Assembly (NCBI GenBank): GCA_965203555.1
Contig: CBDBCY010000004.1
Location: 1,696,001-1,760,000 of the forward strand
DNA from: Acidimicrobiia bacterium
Lineage (GTDB): Bacteria > Actinomycetota > Acidimicrobiia > Spongiisociales > ZC4RG35
Length of the DNA stretch: 64,000 bases
Direction of reading: 5' to 3'
The notes beneath the pieces were generated by a model that saw only the letters and a program-made list of their open reading frames with translations, did no database searches and was not told the DNA's origin. The first letter of the stretch is position 1; each line of letters begins with the position of its first letter. The translations under genes and the position numbers were made by a program. This document shows positions 56,650-64,000 of this stretch, piece by piece.

Positions 56650-56847
56650 GGTGCTCCCTCCTTCTGGTACTCGCATAGCTCCCCTTCGTGGCCTTCTACT
56701 ATACCAGAACTGCCTTTCGTTAAGCACCTGTATATATGGTTATATAGTATCAAATCCCCGATTGAGGAGAGTGTCGCCGGGATGACTGCCTTGATCTCCG
56801 GCCAGGACGGCCACCCGCCAAGCATGGCGACCCGGATGAAGGACACA

Positions 56848-57870
56848 CTACGGACTCAAGGCACCTTTCCGCCAGGCGGCGATGTAGTTCATGCAGAATT
56901 CGTCCCGGCCCAGCAGGACGTCCTCGGCCATCCGATAGGGCTCTGAATCCCGGTCGGCGGCGAGAACATCGGAGAGCGGATTCATCACCGGATCGATGAT
57001 GCCGCTGTCGGCGCCGGCCTCGACCGTCAAGTTGATAAAAGCGGCGTTCATCAACTTGCGGGCCGGGATCCCGAAGGAGACGTTGCTCATACCGCCAGTG
57101 ATGTTCATCTCGGCGCCGAAGCGGCCGCGGAGGGTTCGAATGGCGTCGAGAGTGTGCAAGCCGAAGCTGCTGTCCACCGATATGGGAAACACCAAGGGAT
57201 CAACAAAAATGTCGCCGAGATCCACCCCGGCAGCCAGGGCCGCCTCAACCATGCGGGAGGCGTTGGCGACCCGTTCGGCGGCATCGGAGGGCATGCCTTC
57301 CCCTCCGGCCGCGGTGACGATCACCCGCGCTCCGTATTCCACGGCCAGTTGCACTGCTTCGGTGCGTTCCAAGGACGCCGAGTTGAGCAGCGGCCGGCTA
57401 TCCCCTCCGACGGCGGCGGCGAGACCGGTCTCGATGACCGATATGTCGGAAGAGTCCACCGAAATGGGAAGTAGGGTCAACGACCGCACGTAACCCACCA
57501 GCCAGGCCATCGCCCGGCGCTGCTCGGCGGTCTTGAGCGAGATCTCATCGACATTGACGTCCAGGTAGTGGGCCCCGGCGCGTTCCTGGTCGAGGACCAC
57601 CCGGCGCAGGTACTCGTAACCGGTGTCGGCGTCCGCCCCTCCGGCCATCGCCGCCTCGACCGCCAGGGCTATGTGCTTTATTCGACCCTCCCTGTAGGCC
57701 TGGCTGGCGCGCATCGACTCCGAGATCGGCAGTAACCCCGGTTCGCCGTCCTCCGAAACGAATGTGACTCCGTCCACCCCGTCCCGGGTGTCGAACCGTT
57801 TTCCCTTCCGAAGGACGATCCGGGTGGTGTGGACGTTCTCACCGATGAGGGTGAAACGTTCTGCGGTCAT
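56848..57870 (-). CDS. Methyltetrahydrofolate:corrinoid methyltransferase (pterin-binding, AcsE/MetH-like)
   Basis: LIGENVH, LDVNVD, ISVDSS, LLNSAS, FVDPLVFP, GGMSNVSFG. Confidence 0.88.
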   Translation of the reverse strand: MTAERFTLIGENVHTTRIVLRKGKRFDTRDGVDGVTFVSEDGEPGLLPISESMRASQAYREGRIKHIALAVEAAMAGGADADTGYEYLRRVVLDQERAGAHYLDVNVDEISLKTAEQRRAMAWLVGYVRSLTLLPISVDSSDISVIETGLAAAVGGDSRPLLNSASLERTEAVQLAVEYGARVIVTAAGGEGMPSDAAERVANASRMVEAALAAGVDLGDIFVDPLVFPISVDSSFGLHTLDAIRTLRGRFGAEMNITGGMSNVSFGIPARKLMNAAFINLTVEAGADSGIIDPVMNPLSDVLAADRDSEPYRMAEDVLLGRDEFCMNYIAAWRKGALSP

Positions 57871-59546
57871 GCGCCCACCAGCTGGGCCTTCGATTCCACC
57901 CCGGCAAAGGTAGCGGGCATCGGCTTGAATTGACAACCCTCCACGAAGATGTCGAAGAAGTCCGGGGTGGTCTCCAATTCGATGTGGGTCACCGACTTGG
58001 TCAACTCCTCCGCCCAGCCCCGCTTTCTTTCGGACAACAACAGAGAACGGGCGCCCTCCACCGCCGCATTGCCCGCCTTCACCACCCGCTCCTCCGGCAC
58101 CGGCGCGATCAGACCGATGTCGATCGCGTTCCCCACATCGAGATAGGTGGCGAATCCCCCTGCCAGATAGAGTCGTTCGATGTCGGCCGGTTGCACCCCG
58201 GCGTTTCTCATCACGATGAACTGCCCGCAGTAGTTGGCGGCTTTGGCCTGGGCAAGGTTGCTGGCATCTTCTCGCGAGAAGGTGATGCCGCGCTCGGGCA
58301 CCACTTCGATGGCGAACCGCTTGCGATCGCGGGTAAAGGCGCTTCGTTCGGTCATAAGACCTCGGCGGCGGAGTTCCGCCAGGATGTCCACCAGGCCCGA
58401 GCCGCAGATCCCCACCGCAGGTTCTCCCCCGATGGTCTCATACGAGACGGCCGTACCGTCCGCCGATAGGCGGATCGACTCGATGGCGCCGTCGTAGGCG
58501 CGCATCCCGTAGGTGACCAGGCCGCCCTCGAAGGCCGGACCGGCCGGGCAGGAAGCGGCCCACATGCGGCCGTTGTGGCTGACAATCACCTCGGTGTTGG
58601 TTCCCATGTCCACCAGCATCTCCGTCCGTCCCCCCTCTCCCAGTTGGACCGTCTCCAGGCACGCCACCGCGTCGGCGCCCACATGGCTGGCCACCAACGG
58701 TATCCCGTACACCTTGGCCCGGCGGTTGGCCCGCAACCCCAGGGTTCTGCTGTCCGCCAAGAGCGCCGTATGGGGCCGCTGTCCGGCCAGGTATTCGTGC
58801 TCTGTCAGGGACTTGTAGGGCATTTCCCCGATGCTCTGCACGCTGAGACCGAACAGGATGTCGCGCATGGTGGAGTTGCCCGCCACCACGATCTCATATA
58901 CTGTCGGAGGACGTCGACCCGCCCTTCGGCACAGATCCCGGGTGGCCTGGTTGATGGCCGCCACCACCGCCTTGCGCAACTCGTTCGCCACTTCGGTACG
59001 GGCCTCGTAGGAGATCCGGTGCATCACGTCGCTTCCACCAAACTGCTGAGGGTTTTCGAAGCTCGCCACCCCCAGAGTCATGCCCGTTTCCAGGTCCACC
59101 AACTCCACCACCACCGTGGTGGTGCCCAGATCGATCGCCAAGCCGCAAATGGACCGCCGGTACCGGTCCACAACCGTATCCCCGTACCTGACCTTGTCTC
59201 CCGCTCGGGTCACGGCCGGACGGAACTCGGTGGGTCTCCCATGGTCGTAGCGGCTGCTCTCTACGATCCTCGGCCGCCTCCGAAGCGGGGAAAACCTGAT
59301 GGACGGGCCGTCTCGCATCACCTGCGCCTGGCATGCCAAGCGATAATTGCCCCGAAGGTACTGCTCGTTTTCGGTCCTCTCCACCAGTGCTTCCATCCCC
59401 TGGGTGATCTCCACCACGCATTCGTGGCACTCGCCGTTGCGCAGGCACGAGGTGGCTACCTCGACTTCGAGTTCGTCGGCGTAGTCGAAGATGGTCTTGC
59501 CCGCCACCTGGGGGCGGGCTCTGTCATCGTGGGAAACGGTGCTCAC
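57867..59546 (-). CDS. Reductive activator of corrinoid proteins (RACo; 2Fe-2S plus ASKHA ATPase)
   Basis: SCLRNGECHEC...RLACQ, IDLGTTT, GSDVMHRI, VDMGTNTE, AGPAFEG, GICGSG, LAGGF, GNAA. Confidence 0.9.
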   Translation of the reverse strand: MSTVSHDDRARPQVAGKTIFDYADELEVEVATSCLRNGECHECVVEITQGMEALVERTENEQYLRGNYRLACQAQVMRDGPSIRFSPLRRRPRIVESSRYDHGRPTEFRPAVTRAGDKVRYGDTVVDRYRRSICGLAIDLGTTTVVVELVDLETGMTLGVASFENPQQFGGSDVMHRISYEARTEVANELRKAVVAAINQATRDLCRRAGRRPPTVYEIVVAGNSTMRDILFGLSVQSIGEMPYKSLTEHEYLAGQRPHTALLADSRTLGLRANRRAKVYGIPLVASHVGADAVACLETVQLGEGGRTEMLVDMGTNTEVIVSHNGRMWAASCPAGPAFEGGLVTYGMRAYDGAIESIRLSADGTAVSYETIGGEPAVGICGSGLVDILAELRRRGLMTERSAFTRDRKRFAIEVVPERGITFSREDASNLAQAKAANYCGQFIVMRNAGVQPADIERLYLAGGFATYLDVGNAIDIGLIAPVPEERVVKAGNAAVEGARSLLLSERKRGWAEELTKSVTHIELETTPDFFDIFVEGCQFKPMPATFAGVESKAQLVGA

Positions 59547-59884
59547 CGGTCGTCGGTCTCCCCGCGCCGGCCTCTCCGCCTCTGTTCGGCGTCTCGCCTG
59601 ATCCGCACGATCCTCTCCCGGGTCCGCTTCACGGCGCGCGGGTTCGACTCCCAGGCGGTCCGATAGTCGAAGACGCCGTCATGACCGCAGGCCAGATCAT
59701 CCGGATCACCATCGGTCACCGGGAGTTGGTTACGGCAACGGAACAACGCCGTGCACAGGTCGAAACGGTTGCGGTAGGGGCAGCGGGTGAGCGACTGCTC
59801 CTCGGCGTGAACAACGATGTCGGAGAAAATGGCGGCCATCCGGTCGAGTCGCTCCTGGAAGGCCTGCATCTCCGATTCGGACAT
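59543..59884 (-). CDS. Small Cys-containing hypothetical protein in the methyltransferase operon
   Basis: 113 aa; CPY-x6-C-x5-C...C; stop overlaps the RACo start. Confidence 0.72.
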   Translation of the reverse strand: MSESEMQAFQERLDRMAAIFSDIVVHAEEQSLTRCPYRNRFDLCTALFRCRNQLPVTDGDPDDLACGHDGVFDYRTAWESNPRAVKRTRERIVRIRRDAEQRRRGRRGETDDR

Positions 59885-59894
59885 CGTCCCCTGC

Positions 59895-60650
59895 TCAGTA
59901 GACCTCTACGGCAAGTTTCTTGGCCAACTCCACACAGGCAAGGGCGTCCTTGCCGTAACCGTCGGCGCCCACATCCATGCCGAACTCGGGAGTCACCGGA
60001 GCTCCTCCCACCATGAAACGCACCCCGTCCCGCAATCCGATGTCCTTGAACGCCTCCACCGTCTTGGCCATGTTGGGCATGGTGGTGGTGAGCAGAGCGG
60101 ACATGCCGACTATGAAAGCCTGGTTCTCCTGCACCGCGGCGATGAACTCGTCGGGTTTGGTGTTGACGCCGAGGTCTATGACCGTGAAACCTCCGCCTCG
60201 CAGAAGCATGATGCACAGGTTCTTTCCTATGTCGTGCAGATCCCCCTGAACGGTGCCCATGATCACCGTGCCGATCGGCTCCACCCCCGAGGCGGCCAGG
60301 ATCGGCTCGATGTGCGCCATTCCGGCTTTCATCGCCCGGGCGGAGATGAGCACTTCCGGAACGAAGACGTAACCCTCACGGAATTTGATTCCGACGATCC
60401 CCATACCGGCGATCAACCCGTCGTCCATGATCTCCAGAGCGCCCACCCCGTCGTCCAGGGCCTGCCTGGTGAGTTGGTCCACGGTGACCATGTCACCATC
60501 GATGAGGGCTGCGGCAATGTCCTGCATGAGCGGCGAGGCGCGGCTGAAGACTGCGATGGTCCTCTCGATCTCTTCGGGTACCTCGAGAAACTCCTCGATC
60601 TCCTCGCGGATGAACTCGTTGGCAATGTCAGATAGTCGGTGCATCAGCAA
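59895..60650 (-). CDS. Corrinoid (B12-binding) protein
   Basis: GLIAGMGIVG, FVPEVL, GDLHDIGKNL (DxHxxG), SALLTTT, VGGAP. Confidence 0.93.
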   Translation of the reverse strand: MLMHRLSDIANEFIREEIEEFLEVPEEIERTIAVFSRASPLMQDIAAALIDGDMVTVDQLTRQALDDGVGALEIMDDGLIAGMGIVGIKFREGYVFVPEVLISARAMKAGMAHIEPILAASGVEPIGTVIMGTVQGDLHDIGKNLCIMLLRGGGFTVIDLGVNTKPDEFIAAVQENQAFIVGMSALLTTTMPNMAKTVEAFKDIGLRDGVRFMVGGAPVTPEFGMDVGADGYGKDALACVELAKKLAVEVY

Positions 60651-60651
60651 A

Positions 60652-61701
60652 TCATATGTCAGGTTGGTCTTCGTGGACGACGAGCCGACCGTCGGGCCGG
60701 TGGCCGTTGGAGTAGTCCCGGGCGGAGTCGGTCAATGCTCGAAGGACTTCCATCTTGGTCCCGAGCGGCACGGAACCTTCGGGAGCGATACCGTTGACCC
60801 CGGCCTCCAACACCTTCATGCAAGCATCGTAGGTGTCCTCATAGGTACCGCTGAACAGGGTGGTGGGATTGTTGATGTTGCCCATCAGGGACATCCGATC
60901 TCCGGTGATCCGCTTGGCGACATAGGGATCCACCTGGGACTCGAAGTGGAAGCAGTCCCAACCCGCCTCGGCGAAATAGTCGATCCGGTCGGTGGTCTCG
61001 CCACAACAATGGAAGATGCTGGGTCCGCCCATCTCCACGGTTACCTCTTTGTGCATCTCGAGGAGGAAATCACGGTAGGTCTCCGGGCTGACCAGTTCCC
61101 GGTTGGCGTGGTCGGCCCACATGATGGCGTCGGCGCCCGCCTCCAACTGCGCGTGGGCGGACATCATGCAGGCCGGCAGCATCACTTCCAGGTAACGGCG
61201 GATCTTGTCAGGATCCAAAATGGTGTCCATCAGATAATTCTCGATCCCAACCAGGTGATATCCGACCGACCAGGGTCCGTACACCTTTCCGACGATCCCA
61301 ACATCGGGGTAGCGTTTCCGAAGCAGCCTGATTGCTCCCAGCACCGCCTGGAATGATTGTCGCTTCAGATAATCGGATGGGATCTTGAAGTCTTCGGGAT
61401 CAGTGAGCACATGGTCGCTGGTGGCCGGCCAGTTGTCAACGGTGCCCCACCAGGTGGCGGCATCCAGGGCGTCTGCTTCCAACTGGGAATGGAATACCGG
61501 CATGATCGTGTCGAGACCCAACTCCTCGTAGGCGGTGGCCGCCAGGCGAGCCATCTTCTCCGCATCCAGATGCGCTTCGGGAAACCACGCGTCCGTAATC
61601 TCCATCGCTTCCAGGGTCACCACCGAACTGAGCGTCATGGCAGGTACCTTGTCCACCCGTCCCCCGTACAGCGCCGAAAGGAAACGGCGACGAGGAGTCA
61701 T
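60652..61701 (-). CDS. MtaA/CmuA-family (UROD-fold) methyltransferase
   Basis: MTPRRRFLSAL, AHLDAEKMA, GPWS, AGAD, FHCCG, FHFE, GNIN; GGAGAG before ATG 61701 (the frame extends to 61791). Confidence 0.85.
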   Translation of the reverse strand: MTPRRRFLSALYGGRVDKVPAMTLSSVVTLEAMEITDAWFPEAHLDAEKMARLAATAYEELGLDTIMPVFHSQLEADALDAATWWGTVDNWPATSDHVLTDPEDFKIPSDYLKRQSFQAVLGAIRLLRKRYPDVGIVGKVYGPWSVGYHLVGIENYLMDTILDPDKIRRYLEVMLPACMMSAHAQLEAGADAIMWADHANRELVSPETYRDFLLEMHKEVTVEMGGPSIFHCCGETTDRIDYFAEAGWDCFHFESQVDPYVAKRITGDRMSLMGNINNPTTLFSGTYEDTYDACMKVLEAGVNGIAPEGSVPLGTKMEVLRALTDSARDYSNGHRPDGRLVVHEDQPDI

Positions 61702-61960
61702 CCACTCTCCGGTCAGCCGGGTGAAATTCTCACCCTTGAGCTTTATCTTTGCAGGAGAAATGGCAAGTCCTTTCCACAGTGGCCTCACCAAGTGAGGGCA
61801 GGGGTTTCAGGAGATTTTCCCAATAAGAATACCGCCAGTTGACGGCGGCCGTGCCTTCGGCGGGAAACGAATTCGCTTTCAACCGTGTTCAACAATGTTC
61901 CCATACCCGCTCCAACTAGTATCGGCTCAAAGTCAGCGTCTGAAACAAGGAGCGCCAGCG

Positions 61961-63124
61961 ATGACACAAGTCCCAGTAAACCACATCACCTCGGATGCCG
62001 AGCGTGCTCGGCGATATGCCGCCCTACGAGAAGCCATGGCCGGCGCGGGTATGGATGCTTTTGTCATCTGCAGCCGCGGCGACGAGTTCGTACGGGGACG
62101 CGTCCAGTACGTAAGCGACATTTTCCAGTGGGCGGGACGCGGATTTGTGGTTCTTCCCATGAAGGGAGAGGCCATTTTCGTGACCGATCCCCTGTGGGGT
62201 ACCGGGTTCGCAATGCAGGGCATGTGGCTCAACGACTACCGCCAGCCCGACGACGCCGGCACGGAGATCGGATCGATCATCTCCGATCTGGGTCTGTCCA
62301 ACGGCACCATCGGGATAGTGGGCCTGGCCGACATAACATCGGTGGCCGACTACAACAGCATGAAGGTCTCGATGCCCAACGCCACCCTGGTGGACGCCAC
62401 TGACCTGTTCGACGACGTGCGGGCCATCAAGAGCCAGGAGGAGATCGACACCACTATCCACACCGGAAACATCATTCGCCGGGTATTCAGCGCCCTGGAG
62501 GCAGAGATGCGGCCCGGAGTCCAGGAAGTGGACGTGCTGTCAGAGGCCCATCGCCTCGCTCGCCAGTTGGGGTGTCTGGAGGGGATCGCCCTGATGGGTC
62601 GGGCGCCTTTCGCGTGCTTCGGGCCGGGAACCAACGGCGTGATCGAGAAAGACGATGTCATCGTGATCGACCTGGAGTGGGGAGGCCCAATGGGATACTG
62701 GGTCGAAGTTCGCCGGGTGTACAGCTTCAAGCCTCCCACCCCTGAACAGAAGGCTTTCTGGGACCTGCGGGTCGAGAGTTTCGAGGCGTGCGTCCAGGCC
62801 ATGAAGGCCGGAGAGTCTTCTGAGACCATCCTCGATGCCCGCGATCGGGTTTACGATGAATGGGGCTATTCCGCCATGGGCGCCAACTCCTACACTGCCC
62901 ACGGCATCGGCGTCGACTCCCTGGAGCCGCCCTGGGTGCCCGGCAAGGAGCGGATCATGCAGGAGAACATGATGATCAACCTGCATCCGGCCATCGGCTT
63001 CTCGGATCCCCAAAAGGGCGCCATGCTGGGCGGCATCAGCTTGGCCGACAACGTCCTGGTCGGGCCCGACGGAGGAACCCGCATGGTGGACCAGAAAGAC
63101 GAATGGATCGTGCTCGACGCCTAA
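61961..63124 (+). CDS. M24 (creatinase/prolidase-fold) enzyme, paralog B
   Basis: Shares ICSRGDEFVRGRVQYVSD, IDLEWGGP, GYWVEVRR, YTAHGIG, EPPWVPGK with paralog A; AAGGAG RBS. Confidence 0.87.
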   Translation: MTQVPVNHITSDAERARRYAALREAMAGAGMDAFVICSRGDEFVRGRVQYVSDIFQWAGRGFVVLPMKGEAIFVTDPLWGTGFAMQGMWLNDYRQPDDAGTEIGSIISDLGLSNGTIGIVGLADITSVADYNSMKVSMPNATLVDATDLFDDVRAIKSQEEIDTTIHTGNIIRRVFSALEAEMRPGVQEVDVLSEAHRLARQLGCLEGIALMGRAPFACFGPGTNGVIEKDDVIVIDLEWGGPMGYWVEVRRVYSFKPPTPEQKAFWDLRVESFEACVQAMKAGESSETILDARDRVYDEWGYSAMGANSYTAHGIGVDSLEPPWVPGKERIMQENMMINLHPAIGFSDPQKGAMLGGISLADNVLVGPDGGTRMVDQKDEWIVLDA

Positions 63125-63156
63125 GCGAGCTGATCGACAGCAATCGAACCTACTGC

Positions 63157-63182
63157 AGGCCGGGGCCCCGGCGCCCCGGCCT
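63157..63182. terminator. GC-rich hairpin between convergent genes
   Basis: AGGCCGGGGC-6 nt-GCCCCGGCCT. Confidence 0.55.
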
Positions 63183-63220
63183 CCTGATATCCGATCCGGC
63201 CGCCGCTCGGACCCACAACA

Positions 63221-63649
63221 TCAGGCCAGGGGATTGACCCAACGAAGCCCCGGGAAACGAGCGAAGTCCCAATCGCAGGAGTACAACTCGGCGCCGTGTT
63301 CGACAGCCAGGGCAGCCAAGTGGGCATCAGAGGTCAGATTTCCCCCGATGCCCGGTGGTCCCGGCAAATCTCGTAGGACGGCAGAGTGCCGCGGCGTGGG
63401 GTGAACGACAGTGGTACATGGTTGCTGCAACCAAGAGTCAACAATGTCAAGAGCCTTCACGACACTCATGGGATTCGGGAAGATCGTAGGTGAGGTTGAC
63501 AACCGCAGGAAAGCCAGTAGCACCGACCAGGTCAACGCGACAGTCTCCGTTCCCGACAACGTCTCCTCCAACCAAGAGGGGGCCGGTCCCTGATGTGGCG
63601 AGTCCGAATTGTACGCGTAGAGAAGCAGGTTGACGTCGGGGAGTCTCAC
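63221..63649 (-). CDS. vapC: PIN-domain toxin
   Basis: PDVNLLLYA, AFLRLST, TSDAHLAALAVEHGA, SCDWDFARF. Confidence 0.9.
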   Translation of the reverse strand: MRLPDVNLLLYAYNSDSPHQGPAPSWLEETLSGTETVALTWSVLLAFLRLSTSPTIFPNPMSVVKALDIVDSWLQQPCTTVVHPTPRHSAVLRDLPGPPGIGGNLTSDAHLAALAVEHGAELYSCDWDFARFPGLRWVNPLA

Positions 63650-63907
63650 TTACCAAGTTCCATCTTGTAGGCGATTCGCCTCGTCTTCAAGTCGGTCCGC
63701 CAGTCGCAACGCCCGATCAAGGTCAAGACCGGGCCGCGTTCCCATGGGCCTCGGATGAACTACGAATCGTCGCGAGGCGGGCGTCTCTGCAGCAAGGCCG
63801 GCGCGAACAGCGGCGTTCAACACCTCCTTGAAGGAGACATCCCGCTCGCGGGCCAACGCTTTCAGCCGTTCACCAAGATCGGGATCGAGAGTAACGGTGG
63901 TCCGCAT
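63650..63907 (-). CDS. vapB: RHH antitoxin
   Basis: MRTTVTLDPDL...SFKEVLNAAVRAGL...LADRLEDE, directly upstream of the PIN gene. Confidence 0.87.
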   Translation of the reverse strand: MRTTVTLDPDLGERLKALARERDVSFKEVLNAAVRAGLAAETPASRRFVVHPRPMGTRPGLDLDRALRLADRLEDEANRLQDGTW

Positions 63908-64000
63908 TGGAGACATCTTAGATCATCAATAGGAGCATCATCGCATCAACTGTTGAGAAGCACTGCGGCTGTTTAGATGGCGATGCCTTCCCAAACCATG

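Noticed and set aside
56848-61791. Pyrrolysine readthrough in the methyltransferases
   Set aside because: No in-frame TAG interrupts a recognisable domain, and no MttB-type gene is present.
61792-61960. Cobalamin riboswitch upstream of the methyltransferase operon
   Set aside because: Only scattered GGGAA and CCTGCC words; I could not find the conserved core or B12 box. An Rfam scan would settle it.

Overview
High-GC bacterial window, probably actinobacterial (Acidimicrobiia-like; inferred from lipoprotein linkers and IS/TA types). I recognised no rRNA, tRNA or CRISPR array. From left to right: (i) a truncated HKD/PLD nuclease-like gene and a retropepsin-like protease, followed by IS982-family and IS630-family elements stacked at one CTAG site; (ii) a purine/ureide catabolic locus with a D-carbamoylase, a fused Xdh-type molybdenum hydroxylase, SsnA, a short YgfK lacking the GltD-like module, a divergent regulator, a nucleoside ABC transporter whose BMP lipoprotein is internally duplicated, and a beta-ureidopropionase; (iii) housekeeping genes (MscS, PRTase, ferritin, paaK); (iv) an operon of amide ABC transporter, amidase, fahA, MBL protein, FAD monooxygenase and hmgA, with an ArsR and SRPBCC-AmiC-like regulator pair; (v) a toxin-antitoxin-rich stretch; (vi) a roughly 18 kb catabolic island of unknown substrate, bracketed by two M24 paralogs with non-canonical metal sites and containing a complete corrinoid-dependent methyltransferase system. 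The best candidates for undescribed biology are a variant reductive (2,8-dioxopurine-type) purine pathway using nitrilase-family carbamoylases, and the M24/corrinoid methyltransferase island. All functional calls come from reading motifs by eye; no database searches were run.
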